Source: Thunnus thynnus
Lineage: Eukaryota
Direction: 5' to 3'
DNA: 64,000 nt
NCBI RefSeq assembly: GCF_963924715.1
Contig: NC_089527.1
Span: 28,186,551-28,250,550 of the forward strand
Below are positions 24,306-37,554 of the stretch, piece by piece (within the stretch, counting starts at the first letter, position 1; every line of letters begins with the position of its first letter). The notes beneath the pieces were generated by a model, which worked only from the letters and a program-made list of their open reading frames with translations, was not told where the DNA came from and did not search any database. The translations under genes and the position numbers were made by a program.

Positions 24306-26504
24306 GTTTGCTTTATGTCTAACAATCACCAAATCAAGGATGAGAGGTAAATGTAACCTGTGTGTAACCTTCCTCTTGTGGTAGGGAATCTATGCTGCTG
24401 ATCTTGGGTATAGTACCTACAGTATCTAAATCTGGAGTTCTCTAAAGCATCTTAGACCCAAGATCTTACAGTTCAGACAGATTACAGGTTCACTCAGTTT
24501 TCTAGGTTCACCAAATTCACTAGGTTCAATAAGGAGATTGGTGGTAGCAGACTCTAAAAAGAGAGAAGTAAGACCTCCAACCCACACAAAACACATGACC
24601 ACTGACTCAGAAATATAAAGATATATTTATAAAGGCATTCTGTCCTGTTTAATTTTCCTGATAGCTTCTTTTTATACTATATGTATTGTGTTTGGCCATG
24701 TTTTCCATTGTGTTTTGACCATCAGTTTCAGCTCGTTTACTATAATAACCTTGACACATACACAATCACATACACTTGTGGGCTGATGTAGCAGTATAAC
24801 CCATTGTGGGTGACTGAAAACTGTGAACAGTAGGTCAACAGATCTGTCTGACTGTAAACATGGGTAGTCAGACAAAAGAAGTGGAGTACTATCCAGTTGT
24901 ACCTTCCTCCTTCATGCTGTAAATGTTATAGTCACCTGCTGTGATGACAGCACTGTCCCACCCACAAAGTTATCTGAGTGGTTGAAACATGCAGATTGAC
25001 TGATAAAGACTGATAACTGATAATAAGTGCATTTTGGTCTAACTGACGATACATTCAATTTGTGTATGAATGACCACTTCGTAATTTCTTATTTACTGCA
25101 ATTTTGGTTTTACATTCATTTGTGTTTAATTTTATTTCTGTGATATAATTGAGTTGAAGATTTGCATCAAATTAAGAAATTTAGTTTTAGTTAGTTTTTT
25201 CCTGAGTCACCATTACCATGCAGGCATACACCTTTGGTGCACTGAGTAGGCAGAATCTGCACACCATTTGACAGTTATCATAGCCGGCAGATACGCCAGA
25301 TCCACTGCCAAATTTCAGCGGCTAGAGCAGCATTTACATCACCATGACAACATCACTCATACGAACACAAGCAAGTCAAGGAAGACTGAAGACAGAGAAC
25401 TGATGAATGCCATTCAGGCTTACATAAAATCATATTGTCAAAATTACTGTCCATGCTGACAAATATTTGTCACCTAGGGAAGCTACCATGGCGTTTGCCC
25501 GTATAGTTAGCTAACACTATGCAGCAGTATTCTGGCTAGGGATGTCAACGGGAAACCATCAAGAATATTTTTTACCAGTTACGCATGTCGGTCTATAGTT
25601 AAATTTGTATACACACTCCACTAACAGCTAGACAATTATGTGTTCACAACATCAGATATGTAAAACTGACTCCTACATGGAGTGTTGCATTACAGGTTGT
25701 TTGTAGCCTTAATGTTGCTAGGCTAGCGAGAGTCTTAATCTTAATCTGTTTATAGTGAGTGTGTTAGAGTCAGCCAGCATTAAAAGTCTTTTGTTAGTCC
25801 GGTTTAACCTGCAGGAGTTTCTGAAAGCTTGTGTAACGTGTTTTTCTGCAACAGAGGAAATAAATTCATGACGAGTGAAAATGAGTCCGAAGTGTATTCC
25901 AATGTGTCTACTGCAGAAACGGAATATGTCAAGCACTGTTACAGATGATAAGGAGCTCAGAAAGACACACAGGCAGTCTTATAAATGCTAACAGCTGGAG
26001 AAAATCATTTTGACTGCTTCAAAGAGCCTGGTAGGAGAGTGTGTGACTGGTAAACTGGTAAACACAATGTGTATTAATACTTGCACTGAACAGCATTTAG
26101 CTCCTTGTGCTTATCACATAACGTTAATTGTTAGCTAATGTTAGCTAGCAGGCTAGCTGTTAATGTTTATGTTAATGTTACATATATATTTGCGGGAGTG
26201 GTAGAAATCTTGCGCTACAGTTGATGTCCAGCATGATGACTGAGACACTGGAAAATGTAGAGTCTGTTTATTTGCTGCTTTGTTTTAAATGAGGAAATCC
26301 ACAATTTCTTTTAGGGGCACAACGGCCAGTTCAAAACAGGGCATGCTAAACTGGCAAGGTGGGTAGTTAATTTATAGCATATATTCAAACACACACACAC
26401 AGATTATAATAGTTTTCTTTCATCAATTAGCCTAATTGTTATTTCTATACTATTTTTGAATTTCATGTTCAGTTTAGTTTAGCTTCAGTTTAGTTTTCAG
26501 TAGT

Positions 26505-26816
26505 TTGTTTTTATTAGTTTTGTTTTTATCACAGATTGTTGGAGAGTGTATCAAAGACTGTTGCAAGATTGTTAAGTCAACCACAGGCGACACGTTGCAT
26601 GCACAGACAGGGTCTTATACACAACACATTAAGAGAGCCCGGCGTACTTATAAGGAGAACATCTACCGCTTCAGGGGGAACCGAATGCCCTCAGCTCTTA
26701 AGATGAACCTCAGATTCATTGAGTGGAACCACTGGTTGGCCAAAAAACACTGTGATGGAGTGGTTGGATGCCTTTTTAAAGACATCAGAGTATTATTTAA
26801 GGTGTACAAGTTTTAA
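26505..26816 (+). pseudogene. ISL2EU-type transposase C-terminal fragment (mirror of 23979-24182)
   Basis: ORF '...TGDTLHAQTGSYTQHIKRARRTYKENIYRFRGNRMP...' is the partner of 'FVHAQTGSHTQYIERWW' on the opposite strand. Confidence 0.5.
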
Positions 26817-26959
26817 CACAAATGTGTTTTCATTTCAAAACCTTTTTAAAAGTTACTTTTTTCCTGTTTATTATTAATTTGTTTATGTATTGTTGTCTCA
26901 AAATATAAAAAAATAACTTTTAACTTGAGGTGTGCATGCACTTCAGGGTGTGCTCCTTC

Positions 26960-28225
26960 TCAGCATTCCGGGAAAAGCTTAAGCCAGGGTGCTGGAAAGG
27001 TGGCTCCAGCCGATTGTCTAACCTCAGATTAAGGAGGAACAATACAGATTTCGTCCTGGTTGTGGAACAGTGGACCAGCTCTTCACCCTTGCAAGGGCAC
27101 TTGAGGGGTACATCCAGTCTACATGTGCTTTGTAGACTTGGAAAAGGCTTACAACCATGTCCCTTGGGGCACCTTGTGGGTGGTGCTGTGGGAGCATGGG
27201 GTACCGGGGTTGTTGCTGCAAGCCATTCAGTCCTTATATAACCGCAGTGAAAGCTGTGTTCGCGTTCTCAACAGTAAGTCAAACTCATTCTCAGTGGGTG
27301 TTGGGCTCCACCAGGGTTGTCCCTTGTCACTGATTGTTTTTGTGATTTTCATGTACAGAATCTCAAGGCACAGCTGGGGGGAGGAGAGTGTCCAGTTTCA
27401 GGACCTAAGGATTGCTTCTCTGCTTTTTGCAGATGATGTGATTCTGTTGGTTTCAACACACCATCACCTCCAGCAGGCACTGGGACAGTTTGCAGCCAAA
27501 TGTGAAGCGGCCGACATGAGAGTCAGCACCTCAAAATCTGAGGCCATTGTGCTCTGCTGGAAAAAGGTGGACTGCTCCCTCTGAGTTCGGTGTGAGTCGC
27601 TGCTCCAAGTGAAGGACTTCAAGTATCTCGGGGTCTTATTCACAAGTTAGAGTAAGATGGAGCATGACATTGACAGGCGGATCAGTGCAGCATCAGCAGT
27701 AACACGGGTGTTGTGCTGGACCACTGTGGTAAAGAAAGAGCTGAGTCAGAAGGCAAAGCTTAATTTACCAGTTGGTCTATGTTCCAACCCTCAACTATTG
27801 TCACGGGCTTTGGGTAGTAACTGAAAGAATTAGATTGCAAATACGAGCGGCCGAGTTTCCTCCAGAAAGTGTCTGGACTCAGCCTTAGAGATAGGGTTAA
27901 GAGCTCCGACATCCGACCTTGAAGTAGAGCCACTGCTCCTTTGCATCGAAAGGAGCCAGCTGAGGTGGTTTGGGCACATGGTTAGGATGCCTCCTGGACG
28001 CCTCCCTCTGGAGGTGTTCCAGGCACATCCAACTGGTAGGAGACCCCGGGGCAGACCCAGAACACTCTGGAGGGATTACATATCTCTCCTGGCCTGGGAA
28101 CGCCTTTGGATCCCCCAGGAGGAGCTGGAGGGCGTTGCCAGGGAGAAGGATGTCTGGGTTTCCTTATTCAGTCTAATGCCGACCAAGTCCCGGATGGGCA
28201 ATGGAAAATGGATGGACTTTTAACT
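26960..28225 (+). mobile_element. 5'-truncated LINE (L2/CR1-like or Rex-like) reverse-transcriptase and C-terminal region fragment
   Basis: RT motifs in frame: 'FVDLEKAYNHVPWGTLW', 'GLHQGCPLSLIVF', 'LLFADDVILL', 'VSTSKSEAIVL'. C-terminal 'SQLRWFGHMVRMPPGRLPLEVFQAHPTGRRPRGRPRTLWRDYIS...WERLWIPQEELE' is typical of fish LINE ORF2 tails. Stops and frameshifts are present. Confidence 0.8.
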
Positions 28226-29999
28226 TCAGTGGTGTGAAGACATTATTATCAGGCCTCAATAAGCAGGCAAGGAATGAGACTTTGAAAATGGGCAATTAGT
28301 AACTTGGTTCTTTATTATGAAGTTGTATTTCTCTGTAATCTGCAATTTATGGTGGCTTACAATTTTTTAAAAATGACATTTACAAAATTGTTACAAAGTT
28401 GGACTGATCTGCTGCACTTATGCAGAAATTGGTGAGGATGTAAATGGTGTACTTGAAATTACTGGCCTGGCAGGAGTAAGGCAGAAACTATTTGAAAATT
28501 AAGCTGCAACAACTTCAATTTAGTGGTCTGCTCAGCAGAAGTTAGGCAGAAACTACTTGGAAATTATCATGAAATTTGTGGGTAATTTTAAGGAAATTAG
28601 TTGGAAATTACTTGTTAATTATCACCTACTTTCTATGAAATCACCATGAAATTTGTGGACCTGTAAAATTAAGTGTTACTAGCTTTTTTAATGCGATATT
28701 ATACTAAACAACAGATTTATAATACTCTAACAGTACTATCTTGCATGTTCTCGAACTTTATTAAAGGATGGCATATTCCTCCTCCTCATCTGGATAATGA
28801 TAATAATAAAACATTTGCCATTCCCGCAAAAAATCTTACACAGAAAAACCTGAGATCTGAAACAAAATCTTACAGTAGATATGCTTTCATCTACTGTAGT
28901 TGAAAATGCAAAAATAGAAGTGGAACATGAGGATGGGCCACTGACAAAGCCAGGAACAAATAAAAGGCTTCAGTCTTTCCCAACAGGAAGAGAGGGATTG
29001 ATCTGTTTGTGGTTCAAGCAGCTTCTCTCTCTGACTCACCCACCAGATTTCAACATTTCAGATGTGTATGTTCATTATTTGTATCCCTTTTTTCAAGATA
29101 AAGTTAAAATGATGTTAATTACATGTGAGAAGGATTGTCTGTGAGTCACAGTTGCAGTATAGTTCATAAGCTTTTCTTCACACACTACCTACCCACTCAT
29201 CTACACACAGGCAAACACAGAGTACAAAAAAGGGAGCAATACCATGCAGTCATACTGCAATAACCAGCATTTTACTGGTTCAAATGACTCCATAATGTGA
29301 AAGGGGTTGCTCATAATGCCAAAATAAATATGTATTTAATGCCATTTTAATTAAAAACATTACTGATTTCTCTTTGCATTGGTACAGTATTTAGGAATAT
29401 TTTGAATGCAACTGATTACCTGCCTTCTGTACAATTCATGTTATCATCATGTAAATTTTGTGAGGGCCCAAAAGCAAGATGCAGGGGTGAAGCAGGTAAG
29501 GTAAAAAATGTAGTTCACTTGGTCTTTGTCCAAAAAACAAAGTCAGCAACAGGTAGGCCGTCAGCAAAGGTAAACAAGTGCAAAAAGGCAAACAAAATCC
29601 AAAAACAGGCAGAGCTCCTGAGGAGACAAGTAGGCTGGCAGTGCAAGGACTGGAAATATTAAGGCTATGAGGCACAACAGATGATCAGGCCATAGGCGGC
29701 GCAAGAGACTTTAGTCTTGTTGGGGCTAGCTATGGAATTTGAGATAGGTTTGGAATTTGTAACGCAGACATAAATATATGACCCATATACAAATACGTTA
29801 TTGTCCTGTTAGCATCGACAGCTACTGACTAGTGCTAGCGTGTTCCAGCTCCAGTAGTTTACCAACTGGACCTACAAGTAGTCAGTCTGTCTCCAAGCTC
29901 CTGAAATCACATATTTTGCGAGACGTCTGACTAAAATTTTCTGTGTCACTGTCTGGTGGGACCAGCCCTAAAGGATAAAGCTGACAATTTTCTATATGT

Positions 30000-30420
30000 A
30001 TTTTTTTAAGTCATCAAATCTCATGTGCAGAGCCAAACCAACAATGAACCGATCCTACTTACAAGTATTGTGTGTGTATCAAAAGCCTGATATATCTTAT
30101 TCCTCCGTGTCATAGAGCTCTGTTGTTGTCCAAAAACTATTAAAAACACATCAATGAGCAGCACTACTGCACTGGGTGACATGCTCCTTCATCCCTGAAG
30201 AGAGTGATTACCGTTTATTAAAAACAGCTGTTTTTTTAATAGTTTTTGGACAACATTGGAGATCTATGGCACAGAGGAATATGATATATCAAACTTTGGA
30301 TACATGCACAATACTTGTAAGTAGGATGACTTCATTGTTGGTTTGGCTCTGCACATGAGATTTGTTGACAATAAGAAAAAATATAAAAAATGGACAGCCT
30401 TATCCTTTAAGCTTGAGGGC
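30000..30420. mobile_element. Foldback/MITE-like element with ~63-bp inverted arms and ~230-bp loop
   Basis: 30012-30074 'catcaaatctcatgtgcagagccaaaccaacaatgaaccgatcctacttacaagtattgtgtg' is the reverse complement of 30307-30369 'cacaatacttgtaagtaggatgacttcattgttggtttggctctgcacatgagatttgttgac'. A related half-copy lies at 52920-53060. Confidence 0.5.
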
Positions 30421-31599
30421 AGGTATATACGGAGAGTAGCTGTTTAGGGGGAGTGAGGGGTAGGTGTGCAGGCAGTTACTGGACAGGTGAGTAACAGGAT
30501 CTGGAATGATTGGGAATGTAAGAAAACTGGCAGGAACTGTAAATAGGCAGAAATAAACAAAAATGGAACTATTGCCATGATACTTAAAAAGGTTTCCATC
30601 ATGATTTTCATATAGCTGGACTGGCTGCTTGTCACAGTTGTTTGTGAAGTCAGAGACCTGAGAGGAGAGCAAATGGAAGGAACAGTCAGTCAGAGAGTCG
30701 TATTTTGGCCTTGACAGTCCAAAATATGACCCCAAATTAATCAGACTGTAATGAAATATAGAGACATCACCTTTTATGTTTAATGACTTAGCAATGTCAA
30801 GACTGCATTACATAGGGAAATGGACATTCCAAAGTGAGAGACAACAGGAACAGCCTGTTAAGATCCAAATATGCTTCCTGTGCCTACATTACTACTTAGA
30901 TGTGACAAAGGAAAATACTGTAAAGTACATTAAACTAAGGGGGTGTGGGCCAATCAAAACCACCTCAAGGACACCTCTAGTTTCACATCTATGATGGACT
31001 AATGTTGCTCTCACCATAGGGGACACCTTCACAGTTAATAGGAGCAGCCTTGGGAGGAAAAGGCCAGTCAGACTCAGCCGCTCTATGGGCTTCAGGGAGG
31101 CCTGTGTGAGCTGCCTGCAGAAAGGGTGCCCTTCATTGCTAGACAGGGTGCCCTTTTTAAAACACAATCATAGATAGAGAGTGAGTGGCAGCCTCACTGT
31201 TGTCTGTCCCCATTGCTACATTCACTCACAAACTTGTCTTCAAGAGCCTTATTTGAGCATATTGTAGCTAGAGCCTCATGGACAGAACATGACCTTCAAC
31301 TCCCCACTCTAATCAGACTTTTTCTTAGCAAATGGATATAGGATTCATTTAATTTGTACCTTTTTGTGTTTTGCTTTGTCTCTATATAAATTCACCATCT
31401 TTTCATCTTTTTAATACCAGTGTATTCAGTTAAGTCAAGTTAATTTATATTTTATCTAGCAACAGAAATAGAGTTGTTACAGCAGTAGCATTAAGATGAT
31501 TTAGCAAGGAAACATGAGTACGTCAACAGGGTATGAGTGAGGCAAAAGAGACAAAAAATAGCTCTTGAAATTTGTGCATATTTGGTTTCCCTGCATATT

Positions 31600-32300
31600 T
31601 GTCTGACAGAACACTGGTGATCTGTACTGATGGACTCACTAGCCTTAAATAACAAAGGGGGTACCACAAGGTTTTGTGTTTGGTCCAGTGTTATTTTCAG
31701 TCTTCATAAACAATATTACAACTCAAAGACCATCCATTTTTATGCAGATGATACACTTCTGTATGCACATTTCTTCTCCAACTCAAGCCATGTCTAGATC
31801 ATAGTCTGCCTATAATTCTTCAGACATCTCTGTAGAAATCCTCAAACTTGTACTGAATGCTAATATGACAAGTGTTGTGTTTTACACTCAATAATCTTCC
31901 TGCATATAATGGTACTGAGCACATAATTGAAGGTGAAAATGGGTGTCTTATATCAGAATAAAGCATGTATTTCTCTTGAGGACATGAAAACCATTTTGCA
32001 TCTCACCATTATGTTTGTGCTTGACCATGGAGATATCCATCCTGCACTCTCATGCTGTTCATTCCACCTTTAAACAGCTTGATGCAGTTTACCACTGTGC
32101 CCTGTGTTTCATTACAGGAGATATATAAAGCACTCCTCACCATATACTACATGAAAAAGTAATCTGGTCCTCACTAGCAACAAGAAGAGAACTACATACT
32201 ATCTATTTTTTTAGAAATGTCTCCATCTGAAGCTGCATTAATATATTACATCCCTCCTCAAATCTAAAACTACTACTACTTTACTACTAAGTTCAAATTT
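31600..32300 (+). mobile_element. L2/CR1-like LINE 3' fragment (RT YADD region plus C-terminal domain), degenerate
   Basis: In-frame 'VPQGSVLGPVLFSLHKQYYNSKTIHFYADDTLLYAHF' and a downstream 'ILHLTIMFVLDHGDI...' region typical of L2 ORF2 C-termini. Multiple stops. Confidence 0.55.
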
Positions 32301-34537
32301 TTGAACACTTTAGTGATGTCTGTGATTGTTTCTGATGCTGTTTGTATGTGCTTGTATGTGTGACTGGCTGTGCTTTGTTGTATGTCTTATCTCCGTTCTT
32401 ATTTCTTCTACTGTACTCAGGTTTCTCCAAACGAGATATTCATCGCATTGAGACTACATGATTAGATAAAGGTTATACAATTTTTGGGGCAATAAAATGG
32501 AATATAACTAGTTCAAGTTTTATGTAAAGATATTGCAGTGATGGCAATGTAAGCACTTATTGCATAGGGGGCAGTAAGGGAAACCCTAACTGGCTTTTCC
32601 AAGTAGTTTGGATGGAAAATGTAATTCCTACCTGGATATTTTTCACTGGCAATATTTTCGAGTCAAGTCCAGGCATTTTCATACTGCACACACATTGGGA
32701 GGTTTTCTGGGTGGATGGTGGGCTTACAAAGTGCAGGTTTTTGACACTAGAGACCCAAACTCGCATCCTTATTTACGTCTGTGTTTAGGGAACATCACAC
32801 TTTGGTTATGGTAAGAGAAAAAATGTGGTTTCAGTTAACTGTTAATAAAGTAAACATGTCCTGCCTCATGCTTCATGTCATTGTTGACAAACACATTATT
32901 TTCCCTAACCTTGACCATGGTCTGTGGGTGCCTAGACGTGAGCATAGAGATGATTCTGCTATTACAGAACACCTCAGGCAGGCACAGTTTTAAAGGATAG
33001 GTTCACAAGTTTTCACCCAGACAACAGTCAGGTGCCCAGATGAACACCGACACATTATTTTTTGCTGGCCATTAAGAGATCCTTTCATAATACACTTTCA
33101 ATTCAAGTGATGGGGAATAAAATCAACAGTCCTCAGTCTGTATTTAACCTTTTAAAATCCACTGGGTCACCAGCGACCCGCTTAAGCCAGTTGGAAGCGG
33201 TAGTGTCACGCAATAATGAGTAAAAGCAATTGGCACAATTTGGCCAATTGGAGATGACTGGAGAGGTTCGGGGACACCAGTGACACCACAAAAACTCCCT
33301 AGCTCCCATAAGGTTAGGCCTAAAGGTCTGGAATTTTATACAGGTTGACAAGATGTAGAAAGTATATGGTGTTCTGCATAGTTCTGGCATAAAGTATGTC
33401 CTAATTATTATTATTAGAATATGACTCATAATAGCTGAGGACCAAAAACACTTTTTTGAGCCATATTTGAACTGACGTAATTTTGTTTGCGTTTTAGCCG
33501 CATGCTAAACAAGCACATTTCCAGAAACTAGAAGATGTCACTTGTCAAATGAAGCCCAATACATGCATTGTGGCCTTACAGTTCTTCTGTTATAAGCTTT
33601 TCCATCTGGGTGTGCAAAATAGGCAAAAATTCTATAAAAAGGGTGGCTGTTAAGGGGTTAAAGATAATATGAGACTTCAGCCATCCAAATTAGTCAAATC
33701 AAGTCAATATTCCCTCTTTTTGTTACTATCCTTCCACTGCAGCTAAACAGGCCTTGAAACACAAATAAGGATTTTATTTTCTAAAATCAACTTTATTTGA
33801 TTAGCCTCATATTATCTGCTGATAAGCTTTTGAAGACATTTTTCTCAAAACCAGGACTTTAGATTTTGTCCCCCAACACTTACATTGTAGGTATATTTGG
33901 AGTGGATCTTTTAATAGCCAGTATGAACAGGAGAAATGATTGCAGTGAGAAAAACCTGTTTCAATGTTCGTATGGGCACCTGTTGTTTTAAGAAAGAACA
34001 AAACAAAAAATGTGAACATATCCTTTAAGCATGTTTTGAAATGACAGAACTCTCTGGTGTTTACACATTATATCCAGTTATATCAAACATTAATTAAGGA
34101 ATAATCATTACCAGTATACCAGTACCAAGCACCCTACTTACACCACTGACAAGAAACATGCAATCTTGGATAAACTGTGTATACTTTACAAGCAAGAAAA
34201 CGCATCTACTTTTATAATATAGTAAGCAGTGCAAAAAATACATTATTTCTCATACAGAAAAAAAGACATTTTTCAATTTATTCACATTGGGATTCAATGT
34301 TTGTTCAATGTATTTTTTCTGTATCATTTATGTATGGCTAGATTTGTATAAACTGCTGTTTTATTTTTTAAAGAGACACTTGGTACAGTAATACACTTTC
34401 AATATACATTTACTTGCCTTGTTTCCGTTGTTTATTTTCACATTTTATTTTCAAGATAAATGTATTCTATCTTTTAAAGTAGTAAAATAATGAGTACACC
34501 ATGTGCAGAAAGATGTAACACTCATTGAGCAGATTAG

Positions 34538-34694
34538 TCACTTCAGCTTGACTTCATTTGGAATAGGTAAGCCTTTCACGCCAGCCAGGGCATTTTCCAC
34601 CATCTTCTCTACCATCCTGCTTGCTGTATTGTAGGTATTGATCCCAATGTGGGGGGTGATCAGCACATTAGGCAGGCTAAGGAGAGGATGATCC
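34538..34694 (-). CDS. grhpr: GRHPR-like D-2-hydroxyacid dehydrogenase, gene copy A, exon 5 (last; includes stop)
   Basis: Acceptor 'cttgtgcag|GGATCATCC'. Encodes 'R DHPLLSLPNVLITPHIGINTYNTASRMVEKMVENALAGVKGLPIPNEVKLK*', aligning with the human GRHPR C-terminus ('HPLLTLKNCVILPHIGSAT..TR..M....A.NLLAGL.G.PMP.ELKL'). TGA stop at 34538-34540. Paralog assignment is uncertain. Confidence 0.85.
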
Positions 34695-35458
34695 CTGCAC
34701 AAGATGAAGCATGAGGAATGAGTGAGCAGAAAATAATACATTAATCATATATTACTGTAGGATAGTGCATCAGTCTAGCTTGAGGATGTTGTTCTGGGCC
34801 TGTATTTATCAAACTAGTAAAAGTAATTTCATATTTTGGACTTAAGTGAAAGATAGAAGTAAAAATCCTTCGCTTTTACTCCTTACAAACTTAAGAATAA
34901 AAACTATTTATCAAACTTCTTTTGACTTAACAATGCTCTGAAATTATACTAAATATCATATGTCATAATGAATAATACATTACCTGAAGCTGTATAATTA
35001 AGAATAGAGTGGTGTAGCCACATATATTATTTGCATTTGATAGGACATAAAACCAATTTTTCTTTTTTTCTTTTGTTGTTAATTTCACTTGTTAATTACT
35101 CCTGGAGATTTAAAGATTTCACAAAAATAAACTTTTCAAAGACATGATAATGATGTTTGTTTTTTCAGAATATCATACTATACCACTGTGTAAACAGTAA
35201 GGCTATTTTAAGTATGTACAAAATGGCAGATGCAGCTTCAATCCATATCTCTGATTGACGACTTCATGTGATCAATTATGTGATCACATGAGAGTTACTC
35301 TTAAAATTGACTTTTACACTTTACACTTTTACACTTGATAAATATGTGTAATTGCTCACACTCAGCCAAGAACTTTTTTTACTTCTAGGTTGACTCTTTA
35401 GGGCATTCATAAGTGTTATTTTTAGAATTCTGAGAGTGTATGTTCAATGAAGTGAGAC

Positions 35459-35555
35459 CTTGGTAAAGGTTCAGGATGGGTCACATCTAATGCCGCTGCA
35501 CGGATTGTAGCCAACTGGAGAGCTTTAACTAAGGCATTCTGATCCACAACTTGAC
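35459..35555 (-). CDS. grhpr: GRHPR-like gene copy A, exon 4 (97 bp)
   Basis: Acceptor 'tctcag|GTCAAGTTG', donor 'CCAAG|gtctcac'. Encodes 'G QVVDQNALVKALQLATIRAAALDVTHPEPLP R' (compare human '[33 protein letters not shown]'). Confidence 0.75.
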
Positions 35556-35646
35556 CTGAGACATGAAAAGAGCATTATTAAGGTAACGTTAACCAGTAAT
35601 GATTCAATCAAGATCAACACAGTCTAGGAAACACACTGTTCCCCAC

Positions 35647-35825
35647 CTCTGCTGATGTTGACTAGTGTTGCCGTGGGTTTCATGAGGGACAACTCTCTGT
35701 GGCCGATGAGGCTTGTAGTGTCAGAGGTCAATTTGACAGCTATCATGACAAAGTCCGACCTTCTCAGCAGGTAATCCAGGCTCTCACAGTAAATCGCCCC
35801 GACTGCCTGCTCATCTTCAGCACTC
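35647..35825 (-). CDS. grhpr: GRHPR-like gene copy A, exon 3 (179 bp)
   Basis: Acceptor 'tgtattcag|GAGTGCTGAAG', donor 'AGCAGAG|gtgggga'. Encodes 'SAEDEQAVGAIYCESLDYLLRRSDFVMIAVKLTSDTTSLIGHRELSLMKPTATLVNISR(G)', the substrate/NAD domain with the conserved 'NISRG' catalytic Arg motif. Confidence 0.85.
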
Positions 35826-36290
35826 CTGAATACAATAACAAATTCCAACTTTTTTATACTCCAGCTTTCTACAGTGTTGTCAACATAATTAATGAGAGAC
35901 TGTATCTTGTTTTTTCTATTTAAAACATAATCTTTTTTGTGAAAAAAAATCTAGGTGGGTGTATTTAAAAAAAAATAAATACACCCACCGTACCATGTAA
36001 GAAAAATATTTAAATACTTAACTCAGTAAAATACCACCTCGTTAACCATTAGCAGGTGAGAGTCAATGGCTCTACATTATTTCCTGTGCAAGCATGTTTG
36101 TTTTCCTGTATGGTCTTGTGTAGTACATTCATATTGAGTGGGAAAACCCCATGATCAACAGTGTAAACTATCAAATGCAGTCATTGGTTATTTCTGCAAA
36201 AATGCAAACAAAAAATACTCAAATATCATGTTGTTACATGCTAATTAAAGAAATAACCTCATTAGCAAAGTTTGTCGTCTCTTTTTTTAC

Positions 36291-36462
36291 CTTCTGGTTC
36301 TATTGTGATACAGGATCTTCATTTCAAATCCTCTGCTTCTTTGGGCAATTTTGTAACCAATCTCTCCCATTCCAATGATTCCCAGAGTCGACCCTGTGAC
36401 TTCAACTCCCATCAGGCTTTGCAGTATATGGGTGGTCTTTGGGTCAACAGCAATATGATGAC
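36291..36462 (-). CDS. grhpr: GRHPR-like gene copy A, exon 2 (172 bp)
   Basis: Acceptor 'ttcctcatag|GTCATCAT', donor 'CCAGAAG|gtaaaaa'. Encodes '(G)[56 protein letters not shown](R)' with the Rossmann GxGxxG 'GIIGMGEIG'. Confidence 0.85.
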
Positions 36463-36954
36463 CTATGAGGAAAAAGGATTAAAAAGTAAACATTTTATAT
36501 ATGTATTACAGACCTCCTCACTCTGCCCTGATTAACAAGTAGCAACAAGGAAGTGATCCCTCTCTGGTTTCCCACCCAGCAACACTAATAATTTTAGGAC
36601 AAAACAATACTCCATACGTATGTTTTGCGGTTTTTCTTCGACCAAGTTTTAAAAATTAAGATTTTCAGATGACTTTACCAGGTTATGGAAGCTGATAATG
36701 TGATTTTGCTACAATATCTAAAATAAATAAAAATATTCTTTACATTCATCTGAAAATTGTGGACAACTAAGGATTAATTCCCTATTAAGACATAATAAAT
36801 ATGAGCCCTGGGACAGATGAAGGAGTTGCTCTGTCAATTTAAGTGCACACAGATGAACTTCTTTGAGATAACAGATAGCTGTAGGTCTTGGTTTTGGAAT
36901 TACATGGAGATTGTCACACACTGGGCCTGGGGTTCAGATAATCTTTGATCTCAC

Positions 36955-37333
36955 CCTCAAGGATCTTGCGAGCTGATGCCAGAAGCAGACCCATGGCAAA
37001 ATCTGCAGTGGCATTGCTCACTACACGAGGTGTGTTGGCCACCTTCACCCCAAGACTGTTGATGAACGGTACATCCAAGTGGTCGATGCCCACTCCTGCA
37101 CTTGCAACCACTTTGAGGGAGGGAAGCAATCTGAGCAGCGAAGGCTCGGCTGCAGGGCAGTACTTCCAAATTAAGAGGGCCTGGATCTTGGGGCCATGAA
37201 GCACTGGGTTTTGTAGAAACTCTCTGTAGCAGATGATTTGGAAGTGTTGTTTCAGTATGTCAGCTAGCTCTTCAAGGTAACCATTCTCTCCCCCCACCTC
37301 TGAGACCAATGCCCATGGTTTTTCCTCTTCCAT
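36955..37333 (-). CDS. grhpr: GRHPR-like gene copy A, exon 1 (ATG at 37331-37333; 379 bp)
   Basis: ORF 'MEEEKPWALVSEVGG...LKVVASAGVGIDHLDVPFINSLGVKVANTPRVVSNATADFAMGLLLASARKILEG' ends at donor 'GAGG|gtgagat'. Aligns with human GRHPR '[55 protein letters not shown]'. The five exons total 984 nt, giving a 327-aa product. Confidence 0.85.
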
Positions 37334-37554
37334 TGCTTGATGGGATAAGACACAAAAGGACTTACTGTACCACCTGACTGAAAATAGAGTTCAATTAGTA
37401 CAAAAGTACATGCAAAATTCGTCTACTAGCAAGCATTTGAAATATGTAAAATTTTCCAACAAATTTAACGAACATTTCCTTGGATTTAAATGGAGCTGTT
37501 CTTTAAATGAAAAAAAAATCCCCTATAATTTGTATAAAATTACATACTTCTCTC

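Larger units (their letters stand above)
26385..28690. repeat. Arm R of the inverted duplication, interrupted by a ~1.3-kb LINE fragment
   Basis: Matches arm L in reverse complement at 26385-26900 and again at 28300-28690. The intervening 26960-28225 is LINE RT sequence absent from arm L. Confidence 0.8.
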
